From NCBI GenBank assembly GCA_963667565.1, contig OY763415.1, positions 384,001 to 448,000 on the forward strand: a stretch of 64,000 bases of DNA, written 5' to 3'. This document shows positions 39,249 to 51,115 of this stretch, piece after piece. The DNA is from Acholeplasmataceae bacterium. GTDB lineage: Bacteria; Bacillota_I; Bacilli_A; Acholeplasmatales; Acholeplasmataceae. A program made the translations under genes and the position numbers. The notes beneath the pieces were generated by a model, which ran no database searches, was not told where the DNA came from, and saw only the letters and a list, made by a program, of their open reading frames with translations. Within the stretch, counting starts at the first letter, position 1. Every line of letters begins with the position of its first letter.

Positions 39249-40682
39249 ATGAGAAAAAAAATAACTATTTTATTGGTTGCAGTAGTCTTATCTTTAGGAT
39301 TATTTGCATGTAAAGAAGATCCTGTCACAACTCAAAAAATCGCATTAACTTATGCGGACTGGGGTGACCAAGAATTAAATCAAAAAATGATTGATGCATT
39401 TATGGAAAAATATCCTGATATCGAAGTAACTTTAAGATCTGATATCAGCGGTAGTGGTGCAACATTTACAGGTAACTTAATTGATGCTGCTCAAGCTGGT
39501 ATTCTTCCAGACGTATTTGCTACAGATAATGTTCCAACAGTTGTTAATGCTGATTTAACTTATGATGTAGCAGATTTATGGGATAATGATGTTGACACAC
39601 CATACGTTTATGATAATGTTGCAAATACTGCAGTTTATAACGGTCACCGTTATGCAGTGCCATCATTCCAATTTTTAAAGGGTATTTTAATCAACTTAGA
39701 TATTTTTGAAGAAGCAAACTTATCAACAACTTCAGAATATCGTATTGATAACGATGGATATCCTGTCAAAGACTGGACACCTGATGAATTTGTTGCAATT
39801 GCTAAAGCAATTAAAAACTTTACACCAGATGATCCTGCTAATTTAGTTGTAGGTATGGATACTTGGTATGGTTCTCCAGATTTCCAACAAGTTTGGCCAA
39901 TGGAAAATGATGCTAACGTCTTATATGATACTTGGAATGGTACAAGTTTCAACTATTTATCAGATGATTGGATTTATGCAATGGAACAAAAAGTTGCATT
40001 ACAACAATTAACTGATGGTACAACTTCAAGATTTACTGAAGAAGATTTAGCTGCATATCCTGAATTATCTACATATTTAATTCAAACAGGTTATGGTGCA
40101 ATGGATATTGAAGGTTCTTGGCAATTCTGGGTAATTAACTCAGCACTAGAAGAAAGTAATATTCATTTAGGTTTCTGGCCATACCCAAGTGGAGATGCTG
40201 GTTTATTCCCACCAACAATTCTTGACTATCAAGCTGTTTCATCTCAAACTAAACATCCAGAAGAAGCTTTCTTATTAGCTAAATGGATGACATTTGGACA
40301 AGATGGATGGAATGCAAGATTAAATATTTTAGAAGAACAAAGAGCTGAACAAATTGCAGCTGGTGAACTTCCTACAATTCTTGATCGTTTCCCAATCGCT
40401 GATTATCCTGGTGTATGGGATAGAGTAAACGCGCTTGTTGATGGTGTTGAAGGTCTTGATTATACTTTTGATAGAATCTCTTATGCTAAACCAGACTTAG
40501 ATAAATGGTTAGCAGGTTATAAAGATTTCTGGGCATGGGCTACAGATACTGAAAACAACCCATATAGTTGGGATAATTTAGTAACTGCTGGACCTACTGC
40601 AGTTCCAACTTATGCTGAACAATGGAATACAAAAGCAAATGAAATTGTTCAAAATGCAATGGCAACTTTAGGTGCAGACTAA
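39249..40682 (+). CDS. Sugar ABC transporter solute-binding lipoprotein
   Basis: ATG 39249 after AAGGAGG; lipobox LFAC; FMEKYPDIEV, LPDVF, YAVP, DWT.DEF and TKHPEEAF..AKW. Confidence 0.88.
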   Translation: MRKKITILLVAVVLSLGLFACKEDPVTTQKIALTYADWGDQELNQKMIDAFMEKYPDIEVTLRSDISGSGATFTGNLIDAAQAGILPDVFATDNVPTVVNADLTYDVADLWDNDVDTPYVYDNVANTAVYNGHRYAVPSFQFLKGILINLDIFEEANLSTTSEYRIDNDGYPVKDWTPDEFVAIAKAIKNFTPDDPANLVVGMDTWYGSPDFQQVWPMENDANVLYDTWNGTSFNYLSDDWIYAMEQKVALQQLTDGTTSRFTEEDLAAYPELSTYLIQTGYGAMDIEGSWQFWVINSALEESNIHLGFWPYPSGDAGLFPPTILDYQAVSSQTKHPEEAFLLAKWMTFGQDGWNARLNILEEQRAEQIAAGELPTILDRFPIADYPGVWDRVNALVDGVEGLDYTFDRISYAKPDLDKWLAGYKDFWAWATDTENNPYSWDNLVTAGPTAVPTYAEQWNTKANEIVQNAMATLGAD

Positions 40683-40702
40683 ATAGATATAAAAAAGATG
40701 AA

Positions 40703-40728
40703 TTAAGAGGGGATTTTTCCCCTCTTAA
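40703..40728 (+). other. Intergenic stem-loop after the SBP gene (mRNA stabiliser or partial terminator)
   Basis: TTAAGAGGGG-attttt-CCCCTCTTAA. Confidence 0.65.
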
Positions 40729-40754
40729 AATCACTTTTTAAGGAGGACTTCTTT

Positions 40755-43700
40755 GTGAAAAAGAAACAAAAATTTAACCATAAAACAACTTTAACAAAAA
40801 CAAAAAAAGTCTTAATCTCTGTTTTTAGCGTACTCATTATTTTACTCATCACTTTATCATTTTTTAAGAAGTCATCAATTAATGATTATTATGATACAGT
40901 TTCATTATCAAATGATTATACAAACACATATGTTTCTTCATCTTATAATGCTGCAATTTATTCAGAAGTCAAACAAAATTATGAAGATTTAGGTTTGAAT
41001 GTTATTGAAGCATCTTCTGAAGTTTATACAAGTGATATGAATGGACAAACCGTTTCTGTTAATGATACAGATTATGGTGACTTAGTTGATCAATATCGCA
41101 CGTTAAAAGGTATGGATTTAGATGCAATGTATTTATCAGAAAATGATTCAATCACATTTACACATCAAGAGTCTCAAAGCGGACTTTACGCTTTTGCTAT
41201 TGATTATTATGAAATCGAATCTGATATAGAGCAAGCACAAATAAGTATATTAATTAATGGTGAATCACCATTTTATGAGAGTCAAACACTCGTTTTACCA
41301 TCAACCTGGGCATTTTCAACAACTGAATTTTCAGATGACCGTTATGGCAATGAAATTCAACCCAATTCTAATAAAATTCAAGATTGGTATCATCATGAAT
41401 TAAATGATTATCGTGGTATGCATCCAGGTTTATTTTATTTTTATTTAGAACAAGGTGACGAAATCACCATTAACTATGTAAACCAAAACTTGCTTGTAGG
41501 TGACATTTATTATGTCACGATGCAAGAAACACCAACATATGATCAATATTTGGCAACTTATCAAAATATGAATGTTGCACAAAGTGATATCACAGTTTCA
41601 GCTAGAGATATGTATACAAGAAACGAAACATCCATAAGATTACGTTCTGAACAAGATCCATCAAACCTATATTATGATACAAAAACATTAAAATTAAATG
41701 TGATTGATGAAGGTTCTTGGAAGAATAGTGGTCAAGCAATTACGTATGAAATCAATGTTGAAGAAAGTGGATTATATAATTTAACGATTAAATATATGCA
41801 ATCGACTTTATCTGATATGCCAACCTTTAGACAAATAGCAATTGATAACGAAATTCCATTTGAGGAACTTTCGTGTTTTGCATTCCCATATACAACAAAT
41901 TATGTTAATCGAACATTATCTGATAGTGAGGGGACACCTTATCAAATTTATTTAAGCGCTGGTACACACAAAGTGACTTTAACTGCAGTCAATTATCCAT
42001 ATCGTGAACTTATTGAAACTATTCAATATGTGATGGGACAAATTCAAAGTCTAGCACTTGATGTTAAACGATACACAAGTGGTGGTACTGATAAATATAG
42101 AGACTGGGAAATTGATACTTATTTTCCAGATGCTGCAAGTGATATCGCGAGCTGGGCTGATTTATTAGATGAGAAATATCAAAAATTACTCACATTAAGT
42201 GAACAATCAGAACCATCAGCGATTGCGCCTATTGTTGTTGTAACCAAACGTCTTAGAAGTATTAGTGCAGATATTAATACTTTACCAAGTAAAATGGTAC
42301 AATTTTCTGATGGAGATTCATCAGCAAATCAAATGTTAGGATCACTCATGCAAGATTTAATGTTATCTGGATTAGAAATGGAAAGAATGATATTTCATAC
42401 AAATACAGATATCCAAAAACCATATGCAAATCCATTTGTTAGATTTATAGAAAGTATTAAACGACTTGCATGGTCATTTATTGATAATCCATATGCAGTA
42501 AAAGATCGTGGTGAAGATGAAATCATCGTTTGGGTCAACCATCCACGTCAATATATTGAAATTATGCAACAACTTATTGATCAAAATTATCAAGGAGAGC
42601 AAAAAATAACCTTATCGCAAATGCCAGATCAAAATAAACTGGTTTTAGCTAACGCGAGTGGTAATGCACCTGATATCGCTATTGGTGTTGATAACTGGAT
42701 TCCTTATGATTTTGCAGTAAGAGATGCATCATTAGACCTTAGACAATTTGCAGGATATGAAGAACTCGTTTCTCATTTTTCACCTGGTGGTATGATTCCA
42801 TATGTCTTTGAAGAAGGTGTTTATGGTATTCCAGAAACACAAAACTTTTGGGTCACATATTATCGTAAAGATATTTTAAGTAGTATTGGTATCACAGATA
42901 TTCCACAAACATGGGATGAAATCATTGAAATACTTCCAGTACTTCAAAGTTATGGTATGAATTATTTTGTACCACTCGCTCAATTTAGTGGCTTAAAGCC
43001 ATTTGTTGCAACGATGCCGTTTATCTATCAATTTGGTGGAACATTATACACAGATGATGGTATGTCAACAGCCATTAACTCAGAAGAAACTTTACAAGGT
43101 ATCCAATTAATGTCTGATTTATTTACACTTTACAATTTACCAAAATATGTTGGTAGTTTTTACAACCAATTTAGATATGGTATTTTACCAATTGGTATTT
43201 CAGATTTATCAACATATATTTTATTATCAACAGCAGCAGTAGAACTTGATGGTCTTTGGGGTATGGATTTACATCCAGGTGTCTTAGATGAAACTACAGG
43301 TGATATCACGAGATATGCAGCTGTTGGTGCACAAGCATCAATGATTATGAGTTCAACAGAGTATCCACAAGAATCATGGGATTTCCTATCTTGGTGGATG
43401 TCAACTTCTGTACAAACTGAGTTTGAATATTTATTACAATCAACGTATGGCGAATCATATTTCTGGAATTCCGCAAATATCGATGCATTTAAGGAATCAT
43501 CTATGCCTGATCAATTCAAAGATGTTATTTTAGAACAATGGAATTATGCTATTGAAGCATCTAGAATTCCAGGTGCTTATATGGTTGAAAGAGAAATCTC
43601 TAATGCATGGACATCGATTGTATTTGATGGTACAAATGCTAGACAAGCGCTTGATGAAGCCGTGAGAGTATCAAATCGAGAAATATTATACAAGATGGAA

Positions 43701-43799
43701 GAATTCGATTACGTCATCAATGGCGTCATTGTAAAAAGCTATCGGGTACCGACGATAGACAACATATCTTATTGGTTAACAGAGGTGCGTCATGATTAA
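40755..43799 (+). CDS. Very large membrane-anchored solute-binding protein: N-terminal TM, two CBM6-like beta-sandwiches, helical linker, C-terminal sugar SBP domain
   Basis: [26 protein letters not shown] and [12 protein letters not shown]-terminal GNAPDIA, YGIPETQ.F..YYRKDIL, PQTWDE and WDFLSWW. Confidence 0.8.
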   Translation: MKKKQKFNHKTTLTKTKKVLISVFSVLIILLITLSFFKKSSINDYYDTVSLSNDYTNTYVSSSYNAAIYSEVKQNYEDLGLNVIEASSEVYTSDMNGQTVSVNDTDYGDLVDQYRTLKGMDLDAMYLSENDSITFTHQESQSGLYAFAIDYYEIESDIEQAQISILINGESPFYESQTLVLPSTWAFSTTEFSDDRYGNEIQPNSNKIQDWYHHELNDYRGMHPGLFYFYLEQGDEITINYVNQNLLVGDIYYVTMQETPTYDQYLATYQNMNVAQSDITVSARDMYTRNETSIRLRSEQDPSNLYYDTKTLKLNVIDEGSWKNSGQAITYEINVEESGLYNLTIKYMQSTLSDMPTFRQIAIDNEIPFEELSCFAFPYTTNYVNRTLSDSEGTPYQIYLSAGTHKVTLTAVNYPYRELIETIQYVMGQIQSLALDVKRYTSGGTDKYRDWEIDTYFPDAASDIASWADLLDEKYQKLLTLSEQSEPSAIAPIVVVTKRLRSISADINTLPSKMVQFSDGDSSANQMLGSLMQDLMLSGLEMERMIFHTNTDIQKPYANPFVRFIESIKRLAWSFIDNPYAVKDRGEDEIIVWVNHPRQYIEIMQQLIDQNYQGEQKITLSQMPDQNKLVLANASGNAPDIAIGVDNWIPYDFAVRDASLDLRQFAGYEELVSHFSPGGMIPYVFEEGVYGIPETQNFWVTYYRKDILSSIGITDIPQTWDEIIEILPVLQSYGMNYFVPLAQFSGLKPFVATMPFIYQFGGTLYTDDGMSTAINSEETLQGIQLMSDLFTLYNLPKYVGSFYNQFRYGILPIGISDLSTYILLSTAAVELDGLWGMDLHPGVLDETTGDITRYAAVGAQASMIMSSTEYPQESWDFLSWWMSTSVQTEFEYLLQSTYGESYFWNSANIDAFKESSMPDQFKDVILEQWNYAIEASRIPGAYMVEREISNAWTSIVFDGTNARQALDEAVRVSNREILYKMEEFDYVINGVIVKSYRVPTIDNISYWLTEVRHD

Positions 43800-44676
43800 A
43801 AAAATGAATCATCCTCTATGGTTTTTAGTACCTTATTGGAGCTTGTTTTTCCTATTTGTCGTAATTCCAGTACTAGGTGCGGTCTTCTTATCATTTACTT
43901 ATTTTAATGCCATTCAAGCGCCTGAGTTCATTGGCATTAGAAACTATATAGAATTAATCACAATGGATACAGTATTCATGCAATATGTATTATCAAATAC
44001 ATTGAAGTTTGCCATTATTGTAGGTCCTATTGGTTATTTCTTATCATTTATACTTGCTTGGATGCTTGCGCAAATTCCCAAACTTCCAAGAACAATTTTA
44101 GCCATTATTTTATACTCACCATCACTGACGATGGGGGTTGCAATGGCATCAATGTGGCGTATTATCTTCTCAGATGACGCTAGAGGTTACCTTAACTCTA
44201 TACTTTTAGAGTTAGGTGTTATCTTAGAACCTATTCAATTTTTACAATCACCTCAATATTTAATGACCATCATGATTATCGTTTCTCTGTGGAGTTCGAT
44301 GGGTGTCGGCTTTTTGGCCATGCTTGCAGGTGTCTTAAATATTGATCAAACGTTATATGAAGCAGCTTATGTTGATGGTATTAGAAACAGAAGTCAAGAA
44401 ATATTCTTTATTACAATTCCATCAATGAAACCACAAATGTTATTTGGTGCAGTTATGGCAGTTGTTGGTACCTTTCAAGCAGGTGCGATTGGTGTTACCT
44501 TATCAGGTAGTAACCCGACCCCCTCTTATGCAGGTCAATTAATTGTTAATCACATCGAAGACTTTGGATTTATTAGATATATGATGGGTTATGCAGCAAC
44601 CATATCAGTTGTTCTTTTACTCATGGTATATTTTATCTCCAAGGTGACATTTAAAATTCTAGGAGAGAAGGACTAA
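43792..44676 (+). CDS. Carbohydrate ABC permease (MalF/UgpA type)
   Basis: EAA loop [17 protein letters not shown] and MGYAATIS. Confidence 0.92.
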   Translation: MIKKMNHPLWFLVPYWSLFFLFVVIPVLGAVFLSFTYFNAIQAPEFIGIRNYIELITMDTVFMQYVLSNTLKFAIIVGPIGYFLSFILAWMLAQIPKLPRTILAIILYSPSLTMGVAMASMWRIIFSDDARGYLNSILLELGVILEPIQFLQSPQYLMTIMIIVSLWSSMGVGFLAMLAGVLNIDQTLYEAAYVDGIRNRSQEIFFITIPSMKPQMLFGAVMAVVGTFQAGAIGVTLSGSNPTPSYAGQLIVNHIEDFGFIRYMMGYAATISVVLLLMVYFISKVTFKILGEKD

Positions 44677-44678
44677 AA

Positions 44679-45557
44679 ATGGCGAATTCATTTCAAGGGA
44701 CAAAAATAAACCCAACCAGATTTAACAAGAGCCAATTACCATTTTTCTTTATTCTCGTACCTTTTTCAATGCTCATGTTATTTCCTATTTTATTTATCAT
44801 TAATCATGCGTTTAAACCGAGAACGGAATTATTTGCATACCCTCCTAAATTTTTCGTTCGAAAACCAACTTTTGATAATTTTTCACAATTATTTAGAGTT
44901 GCATCTTCATCAGGTATTCCGTTCTCAAGGTTTTTAGTGAACTCTTTGATCGTAACCATTGTTGGTGTAGGGCTTGCAATCTTATTTACAGCACTTGCTG
45001 CCTATGGTTTGTCAAAACTAAAATTTAAAGGTAAAAAACTATTATTTGAAATTAACACATTAGCTTTAATGTTTGTTCCTGTTGCTGTTCAAATCCCAAG
45101 ATATTTAGTCATTGCTAAACTTGGATTAATTGATAGTTATTGGGCACACATCCTTCCAGTGATTGTCATGCCGGTTGCGATGTTTTTAATTAAACAATTT
45201 ATTGATCAAACACCTAATGAACTGATAGAATCTGCCAAAATTGATGGTGCATCGGAGATGGAAATATTCTTTAAAATCATTTTACCGATTATTACACCAG
45301 CGATTGCAACTGTCGGTATTTTAGCATTCCAAATGATTTGGAATGATGTGTCTAGTTCAACATTATATATTGATTCAGAATCTAAGAGAACATTGGCATT
45401 TTATATGCAAAGTTTAGTATCCACAAGAGGTAATACTGTTGCAGGTCAAGGGATGGCTGCAGCTGCATCACTTGTGATGTTTTTACCAAACTTAATTCTC
45501 TTTATATTCTTACAAAGTAAAGTCATGAATACCATGGCTCATTCAGGTATCAAATAA
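44679..45557 (+). CDS. Carbohydrate ABC permease (MalG/UgpE type)
   Basis: NSLIV, AAYGLSK, ELIESAKIDGASE and WND. Confidence 0.92.
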   Translation: MANSFQGTKINPTRFNKSQLPFFFILVPFSMLMLFPILFIINHAFKPRTELFAYPPKFFVRKPTFDNFSQLFRVASSSGIPFSRFLVNSLIVTIVGVGLAILFTALAAYGLSKLKFKGKKLLFEINTLALMFVPVAVQIPRYLVIAKLGLIDSYWAHILPVIVMPVAMFLIKQFIDQTPNELIESAKIDGASEMEIFFKIILPIITPAIATVGILAFQMIWNDVSSSTLYIDSESKRTLAFYMQSLVSTRGNTVAGQGMAAAASLVMFLPNLILFIFLQSKVMNTMAHSGIK

Positions 45558-47596
45558 TGAAAAAATTACTTATTCTTTTACTCATCCCTATCTTATTATT
45601 TACGATGCCAAAACTAGAAGTACAAGCAACCAATGGACTACCTTATGCAACTTATACATATAGTAGTGCAGTGCATCGTTTAGTATGGACTCAAGATGCT
45701 TATCTTCCATTATCAGAACGAGATAATTTAGATGGATTAACACTTGATGAACCTAAAGATTTAACCATTGATCAAAATGATAATGTCTATGTCGCTGATT
45801 ATGGACATTCAAGAGTCATTAAATATTCACTTCAAGATAATCAAAGTGAAATTATTGGTGAAGGCATTCTTGATCAACCTATGGGTGTTCATGTTGCCGC
45901 TGATGGTAGTGTTTACGTGGCTGATTATGGTTTAAAACAAGGTTTAAAATTTGTTTATAATTCATCAACATTACAATATGAAGTCACAACCATTTATGAA
46001 AAACCAACAAATTCACCTTACTTTAGTGAATCAGATCCATTTGACCCCACAAAGATAGTGACTGACCGTGGTGGTAATGTCTACATGCTATTAGCAGGTA
46101 ATGTTAATGGTCTTGCAGAATTTGAAAATAATGGAAACTTCTTTGGTTTCTTTGGTGGTAACACAATTCCATCTACACTTGATAATGTATTAAAATATAT
46201 GTTATTTGATGAAACACAAAGAAGAGAATGGTTCCAAATGATTCCAGATCCAGTCTATAATATTGCTATTGATAAAGATGGTCTGATTTTAACAACAACA
46301 CAAGGACAACCTGGATATTTGAAATTAAACATTGCAAACATTGTTTATAATCAATCCATTTGGGGTCTTGAAAATACCGAAGATTTATATGTTGGTCCTT
46401 ATGAAACAATCTTTACTATTACACAAGATGGATATATTACTGAATATGGTCCAGATGGTTCAACACTCTTTGTCTTTGGTGGTACAGATACCTATGGACA
46501 AAAAGGGCTTTTTGAATCACCTTCAGCCATCGCTGTAGATTCAAAGAGTAATATTTATGCACTTGATTCAAAAACATCATCACTTCAAGTATTTATGCCA
46601 ACTGAATTTGCAGATTTAGTTCATTATGCGATCGATTTATACCAAGACGGGCAATATGCTGAATCACTTGAACCATGGCAACAAGTCTTAGAAATGAATG
46701 CATTATTTGATTTAGCAAATCAAGGTATCGGTGATGCTTATTTTGCTGAAATGAATTATAAAGATGCAATGACTTTCTATGAAGTTGCAAGAGACCAAGA
46801 TGGATTCTCTAATGCTTTTTGGGAAGTAAGAAATGCATTCTTACTTGGAAGCGGTAATATCATTGTTGCTGTTTTACTTGGATTAGTTGCACTTTATTTA
46901 ATCAATGCATTTACGCATTTTATGACTTATGTCACAAAACCATTTAAGAAACTTAAGAAAAAATTACAAACTTATAAACTCTATAATGAGCTTGTATTCC
47001 CATTTTATATCTTTAGACATCCAGCAGATGGATATTATGGAATTAAACGTGAGAAGAAAGGTTCGTATTTATCAGCATTTATTTATATTTCATTATTTTT
47101 CTTAGCTTATATTTATTGGATTTATGAAACAAGTTTCTTATTTAATGATCGCATCGCGTCAGAGATTAACTTGTTCCAACAAATCGTTGTTATTTTTGTC
47201 CCATTTGTTTTATGGGTCGTTGCAAACTATTTGGTATGTAGTATTAGAGATGGTGAAGGTAAATTTAGAGATGTATTCCAAGCATCTGCATATACCTTAC
47301 TTCCAATGATCATTACATTCCCATTGGTTGCAATTATATCAAAAGGGCTTACCTATAACGAAGCATTTATTTATCATACAGTTCTTGATATTGGTATCGC
47401 AATTACAGTGATTTATTTCATCGTCATGGTCAAAGAAATTCATTTCTATGATATGAAACCAACACTTGGAAATATCTTTATTTCAATTTTCACTGGACTT
47501 ATGATTATGGCAGTGATTGTGATTGTATACTTATTATTAGGTGAAGTTTATGGATTATTTAGCGATATTGTAAGGGAGTTGACGAACCGTGGTTAA
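45557..47596 (+). CDS. Fusion of a secreted NHL beta-propeller and TPR region with a TM helix and a C-terminal Yip1-like membrane domain
   Basis: Signal peptide; NHL repeats PKDLTID..VYVADYG, PMGVHVA.DG.VYVADYG and PSAIAVD; TPR WQQVLEMN..LA.QGIG.AY; Yip1-like HPADGYY.IK, W.VANY...DGEGKF.DV..SAY. Confidence 0.78.
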   Translation: MKKLLILLLIPILLFTMPKLEVQATNGLPYATYTYSSAVHRLVWTQDAYLPLSERDNLDGLTLDEPKDLTIDQNDNVYVADYGHSRVIKYSLQDNQSEIIGEGILDQPMGVHVAADGSVYVADYGLKQGLKFVYNSSTLQYEVTTIYEKPTNSPYFSESDPFDPTKIVTDRGGNVYMLLAGNVNGLAEFENNGNFFGFFGGNTIPSTLDNVLKYMLFDETQRREWFQMIPDPVYNIAIDKDGLILTTTQGQPGYLKLNIANIVYNQSIWGLENTEDLYVGPYETIFTITQDGYITEYGPDGSTLFVFGGTDTYGQKGLFESPSAIAVDSKSNIYALDSKTSSLQVFMPTEFADLVHYAIDLYQDGQYAESLEPWQQVLEMNALFDLANQGIGDAYFAEMNYKDAMTFYEVARDQDGFSNAFWEVRNAFLLGSGNIIVAVLLGLVALYLINAFTHFMTYVTKPFKKLKKKLQTYKLYNELVFPFYIFRHPADGYYGIKREKKGSYLSAFIYISLFFLAYIYWIYETSFLFNDRIASEINLFQQIVVIFVPFVLWVVANYLVCSIRDGEGKFRDVFQASAYTLLPMIITFPLVAIISKGLTYNEAFIYHTVLDIGIAITVIYFIVMVKEIHFYDMKPTLGNIFISIFTGLMIMAVIVIVYLLLGEVYGLFSDIVRELTNRG

Positions 47597-49979
47597 ACAT
47601 TTTATGAAATATGCGGTGATTTTAGTCATCGTCTCAATGCTTTCAATGCTGATTGTTCATGCAAATCAAATTGATCAATCATATAGTCAAAGTTCACAAA
47701 TTGATAATTATTCATATATTAATGATCTCTTATTTGAAAGTTCAAGATATACACAATTAGATGAAAATGATCAAGCGGTATTAGATACATACCATGATGA
47801 TTTTCAAGTTGATTACTCATTAGCTGATTTGGCTTTACTTGGCTATGAGCAAATTTTTGATACAGATCAGTTACTAGTCTATTTTGAGAAAGACTCATTT
47901 TCACTTGTCATCATAAATAAGACGACTGGTTATACTTGGTCATCACGTCCTGAATTCCAAGGTATATCTGGTACAAGAGAAGACAATACTGCAACGAGAA
48001 ACTTAATGAATTCTGGGTTGTGGATTGAATATGTAAGAGCTGCAAATGTGTCATCAGCAACGATTAATAATGCATCGCTTTATACGATTGCTGATGTCTC
48101 TTATCAAAATGATGGATCAATTACAGCTGAAAACAATGATACATTAAGACCTTATTATTTAGAAGATGGTTCTTATGACTATCAAGCTGTTGAAACAACA
48201 ATTAAATCTCAAACACAAGATTCATTAACATTAGGTGTTAATTACAAGATATTAAAGATTACTTTTGATGTCGTTATTGAAATGGTTGATAATGAGTTAA
48301 CATTTGATATTCCTAATGATTCTATAAAAGAATCAGGTGATGTCTATCGTTTAATGTCAATTCAGTTGTTACCATATTTAGGTGCAGCAAGAGAAGATAA
48401 GATTCCTGGGTATATGGTGATTCCTGATGGTGTTGGTGCACTCGTTCGTCTTAATCAAGCTTATGATACATATTTTCAAGCAAGATATTTTGGTTCTGAC
48501 GAAGGTTATCAAGCTGAAACAGTTGCAGATTTAACACTTCCAATTTATGGTATGGTCCATGAAGCGGATGCCAATGGCTACTATGCAACGATTTTAGAAG
48601 GTTCTGAGGATTCAACTTTATTTGCTCGTTTTTGGGGAAGTAATTCTAGATACCAACGCATTGGAAATAAATTTAATGTCAGACAAATCTATCAATATGT
48701 CATCAATAAAGCTGGAGACGGTAATGATGCCATTTATGAAGATATGGTCACATCAGATTATAAGATTGCTTTTAATTTCTTATCTAATGAACAAGCAAAT
48801 TACACAGGTATTGCATCAAGTTATCGTGATGCACTCATCGATGAAGGTGTTTTATCAGCTAGAGAATCTACTACAAATGATCAAATTCCTATTCATTTAA
48901 GTTATATTATGAGTGATCAAGAACCAACATTTATTGGTTCAAAAACAGTCACGATGTCAACACCAGACCAAGTCAGAGAAATGTATCAAACATTCTATGA
49001 TGCAGGACTTACCAATCAACAAACAACAATTATGGGTTGGTCTAAAGATGGATTTATTTATGAAAATCCTTATCGTACACGCATTAAATCAAAAAGTGAC
49101 TATGAAGATTTAATTGCATACATGCTTTCAAATCAAAACCAAGTTTATTTTGAAGATGATTATGTAACAAGTTCAGAAAAAGCTTCAAGAATCACCTACA
49201 ACGGTGATGTTGCTAAAAATTTATCTCGATTAAAAATGGTCTTTAATGATAGAAGTTTAAATGGACAAGTGACAGAAGTATATTTCTTATATCCTTCTAG
49301 TAGTTATCATTTTGCATCACAAGATCAAAGTTTCTTTAATGATTTAGGTGTATCTGGACTAACATTTAATAATATGGGTAGTATTTTATTTAGCTATTAT
49401 GATGGCCAAAAATATGATAGAGATGCATCCATTGCATTCTATCAACAAATTGCTGCTTTATATGATCAAAACTTAATTTCTGTCCCTAACATCTATTTAT
49501 ATGCATATATGACTGGTTATTTAAATATGCCAATTACGAATGCGCAATATAGTTACTATACAGACTTAGTACCTTTAATTCCAATCGTGTTAAAAGGTAG
49601 TGTGTCATATTACACAGAATATTTAAACTTTAACGCACTTCAAGATGATCGTCTTTTAATGATGGTTGATTTTGCAGTTAATCCAAATTATGTATTAACA
49701 TATGAAGAAACATATAAGATGAGATATACAGGATCTTCATTTTATTACACGACAACATTTGCGAACTATGAAGACAATATCATTTCCACATATCAATATC
49801 TTAATGATGCGTTAAGTGAAGTTGTCAATGCTAAAATTGTTAGTCGTGAAGTGCTAGACACAGGCTTTGTCAAAGTGACCTATGATAATGGTGTCATGAT
49901 TTATATCAATTATACATATGAAACAATCAGTGATGGATCTGTTACTGTAGGACAAAGAAGTTATGAGGTGATCAAATAA
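47589..49979 (+). CDS. DUF5696-like large extracellular protein
   Basis: Signal/anchor; TGYTWSS.P, LLPYLGAA, GYMVIPDGVGALV, LPIYG, GWSKDG, P.IPIVLKG and C-terminal VTYDNGV.IYINY. Confidence 0.75.
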   Translation: MVKHFMKYAVILVIVSMLSMLIVHANQIDQSYSQSSQIDNYSYINDLLFESSRYTQLDENDQAVLDTYHDDFQVDYSLADLALLGYEQIFDTDQLLVYFEKDSFSLVIINKTTGYTWSSRPEFQGISGTREDNTATRNLMNSGLWIEYVRAANVSSATINNASLYTIADVSYQNDGSITAENNDTLRPYYLEDGSYDYQAVETTIKSQTQDSLTLGVNYKILKITFDVVIEMVDNELTFDIPNDSIKESGDVYRLMSIQLLPYLGAAREDKIPGYMVIPDGVGALVRLNQAYDTYFQARYFGSDEGYQAETVADLTLPIYGMVHEADANGYYATILEGSEDSTLFARFWGSNSRYQRIGNKFNVRQIYQYVINKAGDGNDAIYEDMVTSDYKIAFNFLSNEQANYTGIASSYRDALIDEGVLSARESTTNDQIPIHLSYIMSDQEPTFIGSKTVTMSTPDQVREMYQTFYDAGLTNQQTTIMGWSKDGFIYENPYRTRIKSKSDYEDLIAYMLSNQNQVYFEDDYVTSSEKASRITYNGDVAKNLSRLKMVFNDRSLNGQVTEVYFLYPSSSYHFASQDQSFFNDLGVSGLTFNNMGSILFSYYDGQKYDRDASIAFYQQIAALYDQNLISVPNIYLYAYMTGYLNMPITNAQYSYYTDLVPLIPIVLKGSVSYYTEYLNFNALQDDRLLMMVDFAVNPNYVLTYEETYKMRYTGSSFYYTTTFANYEDNIISTYQYLNDALSEVVNAKIVSREVLDTGFVKVTYDNGVMIYINYTYETISDGSVTVGQRSYEVIK

Positions 49980-51115
49980 TGAGAAAATTATTGAGCACAA
50001 TATCTCATTTCTTTGTGCGTATAAAAAATGGGTTTAATAAGATATTAAATCAATTGATCATACATCCAGTACAAAAATTTAATCAAAAAACATTAGCGCC
50101 ATTCACTAAAAAAATTCAAGCTTGGTATTATAAATCATATGTACCTTGGAGCAAAAAGGTCAATGAAAAATTATCACATAATTTTGTGATCAACTTCAAA
50201 GGACAAGATTTATATCTTTTTAAATGGATTAAAATTCATGTATCAAGAAAAAGAAGAGAAGCGTTCTTTGGATTCCTCTTCATTTTCATTTGGATTGTTG
50301 GTTTCTTGATTTTTACATTCTATCCGATGATTTATTCACTTTATTTAAGTTTTCATACAGCTTATTTTAGTTTACAAGATGGCGTCATTACGACACCTGC
50401 AGGTTTTGATAATTACTTAAATGTCATTAGAAGTCAAACATTATTACCACTTTTTGCTACATATTTAGGAAAAATGGTTATTTCAGTACCACTTATTGTT
50501 GTGTTTTCTATTTTGATAGCCGTATTGATTAATAATCCTATTAAGCTAAAAGGTGTATGGAGAACCATATTCTTTTTACCAGTAATTATTTCATCTGGTC
50601 CAGTGATTAGTGAACTTAGCAATCAAGATGCAACTTCACTACCATCACTATCACAAAGTTCATTACTCATCTATATTCAAGAAAATATGGGTGCTTGGAT
50701 AGCAGATCCTCTTGAAGTGATCTTGACTTCATTATTACTTATTTTATGGTATGCTGGTATTCCAATTCTCATCTTTTTAGCGGGTCTTCAAAAAATTGAT
50801 AAATCAGTTTATGAAGCAGCTGCTATAGATGGTGCTTCTGTATGGGATAGTTTTTGGAAGATCACATTGCCATCTATAAAACCACTGATTAGTGTTGCAG
50901 TGATTTATGTGGTTGTAAGTATGTCATTATTCGTAGAAGATGGAGGCATACTCGCACTTGCTGAAACACATATGTTAGTAGGTGCACCTGATTCAGCATT
51001 CTGGTTTGGTTATGGATATGCATCAGCAATCGCATGGATTTATTTCCTATTAATGGTGATCATCATGGGCATCTTTATACTCCTACTTGGTCAAAGAAGG
51101 GAGAAAAAAGCATGA
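49979..51115 (+). CDS. Second MalF-type ABC permease with an N-terminal extension
   Basis: RTIFFLPVII, FLAGLQKI, YEAAAIDGAS.W..FWKITLP and GYGYASAIAW. Confidence 0.9.
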   Translation: MRKLLSTISHFFVRIKNGFNKILNQLIIHPVQKFNQKTLAPFTKKIQAWYYKSYVPWSKKVNEKLSHNFVINFKGQDLYLFKWIKIHVSRKRREAFFGFLFIFIWIVGFLIFTFYPMIYSLYLSFHTAYFSLQDGVITTPAGFDNYLNVIRSQTLLPLFATYLGKMVISVPLIVVFSILIAVLINNPIKLKGVWRTIFFLPVIISSGPVISELSNQDATSLPSLSQSSLLIYIQENMGAWIADPLEVILTSLLLILWYAGIPILIFLAGLQKIDKSVYEAAAIDGASVWDSFWKITLPSIKPLISVAVIYVVVSMSLFVEDGGILALAETHMLVGAPDSAFWFGYGYASAIAWIYFLLMVIIMGIFILLLGQRREKKA